IMG/VR virus record: IMGVR_UViG_3300031867_000041
Location: 6,544-70,543 of that record
DNA: 64,000 nucleotides
Reading direction: 5' to 3' (one strand)
Source: a virus
Taxonomy: Duplodnaviria; Caudoviricetes
Position numbers and translations under genes: made by a program. The number at the start of each line of letters is the position of its first letter. Positions within the stretch are counted from its first letter, which is position 1. Of the stretch, positions 62,902 to 64,000 are shown one piece after another. Below the pieces are notes generated by a model that saw nothing but the letters and a program-made list of their open reading frames with translations, ran no database searches and had not been told where the DNA came from.

Positions 62902-63630
62902 ATGGACTTTAAAGAGATTTTAAAAACATTTGAAAACAAAGACATTGAGAAGTTTGCGGAGGAGTGTTTAAAAAACGCTCCTCTGTACTGGCACGAAGTA
63001 GCTGCATCCAGTACTGGCAAGTATCATCCGCAATATGCACTCGGTCAAGGAGGTCTGGTAAGACATACAATTGCGCTTGTCAGAATTTTAAACCACATGC
63101 TTGCTGTGGAATCTTTCGCAAAGCAGTTTACATCACGAGAACGCGACTTGCTTCGCGTTGCCGGAATTGCGCACGACATGATGAAGAGTGGAACACAAGA
63201 GGATTACGAGAAAAACAAATATACAAAGTTTGACCATCCTATTCTGGCCGCGAATATGATCCGCGAAATGGAAGGACTCCCGAAAGAAGAGATTGAACTT
63301 ATTGCTCATGCAATTGAGTCTCATATGGGAGAGTGGAACACAGATAAACGAAGCCCTGATGTTGTGCTTCCGAAACCGACGGATAAATATCAGATAGTTT
63401 TACACTTGGCAGACTATCTCGCAAGCCGTAAAGATATTGAAATTCAGTTTGACAATGTTGAAGAAGTAAAAGAAGAGCCATTGCCGGATATTAATACATG
63501 GAAGTTTGATTTCGGAAAATATGCCGGTAAAACAATTCCAGAAGTAAAGGCCGAGAATCCTGGCTATATTCACTGGGCCAAAGAAAACATGAGAAAAGAA
63601 CCCGCCAGGACACTACTTCAGCAGATTTGA
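62902..63630 (+). CDS. HD-domain phosphohydrolase
   Basis: GKYHP, RHT, AHD..K, HP, SHMG, HLAD; C-terminal FGKYAGK. Confidence 0.85.
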   Translation: MDFKEILKTFENKDIEKFAEECLKNAPLYWHEVAASSTGKYHPQYALGQGGLVRHTIALVRILNHMLAVESFAKQFTSRERDLLRVAGIAHDMMKSGTQEDYEKNKYTKFDHPILAANMIREMEGLPKEEIELIAHAIESHMGEWNTDKRSPDVVLPKPTDKYQIVLHLADYLASRKDIEIQFDNVEEVKEEPLPDINTWKFDFGKYAGKTIPEVKAENPGYIHWAKENMRKEPARTLLQQI

Positions 63631-63639
63631 GGTAATATT

Positions 63640-63810
63640 ATGAATCCTGTTTTACTATTATATATTTTTATAGCTGCTTTCATTATTTGGATACTCTTGT
63701 CGAAACTTTTTATAAAAGTCGGCGGGATAGTAAAGGATAAAACAAAAAATATCCAAGATATTATTAACGAAGATGATCAAATTAAGGAGGTCAAAAATGA
63801 CAAAGGGTAA
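63640..63810 (+). CDS. Small membrane protein (56 aa)
   Basis: GAGG RBS; hydrophobic N-terminus. Confidence 0.6.
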   Translation: MNPVLLLYIFIAAFIIWILLSKLFIKVGGIVKDKTKNIQDIINEDDQIKEVKNDKG

Positions 63811-64000
63811 AGTTGGTGCTATTGTTTCTGGTGTTATTATTCTATTACTGTTGATTACTGGGCTTAAATGTATGGAAAAAGTTCCGGCTGGATATGTTGG
63901 AATTATTTATAGTATGAATGGAGGAATTTCAGATACAGTCCTTACACAAGGATGGCATATGGTATCTCCGACTAAAGATGTTACCTTATATTCTGTTGGC
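63797..64000 (+). CDS. SPFH/prohibitin-domain membrane protein (partial)
   Basis: TM helix followed by KVPAGYVGI...G...QGWH.VSP. Confidence 0.75.
   Translation, partial: MTKGKVGAIVSGVIILLLLITGLKCMEKVPAGYVGIIYSMNGGISDTVLTQGWHMVSPTKDVTLYSVG

Overview
This window is part of a large, probably temperate, SPbeta-like phage (or prophage) of a low-GC Firmicute, most likely a gut Clostridia/Lachnospiraceae host (inferred from gene content). 1-21.4 kb is a minus-strand late/morphogenesis block whose order parallels SPbeta: YonO-like RNA polymerase, HU, YonK-like protein, phosphoesterase, terminase, portal and prohead protease. Its genes are broken only by in-frame TAG codons that read as sense codons, most plausibly Gln (genetic code 15). 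The 22.3-64 kb plus-strand block has no internal TAG in its long genes. It holds short early ORFs, a recombinase/repressor module, a tRNA/ncRNA cluster and replication genes (Sak-like, SSB, primase-helicase, DnaE). Highlights: (1) a catalytically intact 469-aa TnpB/Cas12f-like nuclease surrounded by three separate CRISPR mini-arrays, each with a different 32-nt repeat, its own copy of a conserved leader and a matching anti-repeat; (2) an amber-suppressor tRNA (CUA) whose anticodon forms only after a group I intron is spliced out, sitting inside the TAG-recoded late operon; (3) a terminase carrying a class 3 intein, a group I intron and many TAG codons; (4) a hammerhead ribozyme, several anticodon-defective tRNA-like genes, a lasso-precursor-like peptide and a phased iteron-like array at the strand switch. 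All calls were made by eye; no database searches were run.
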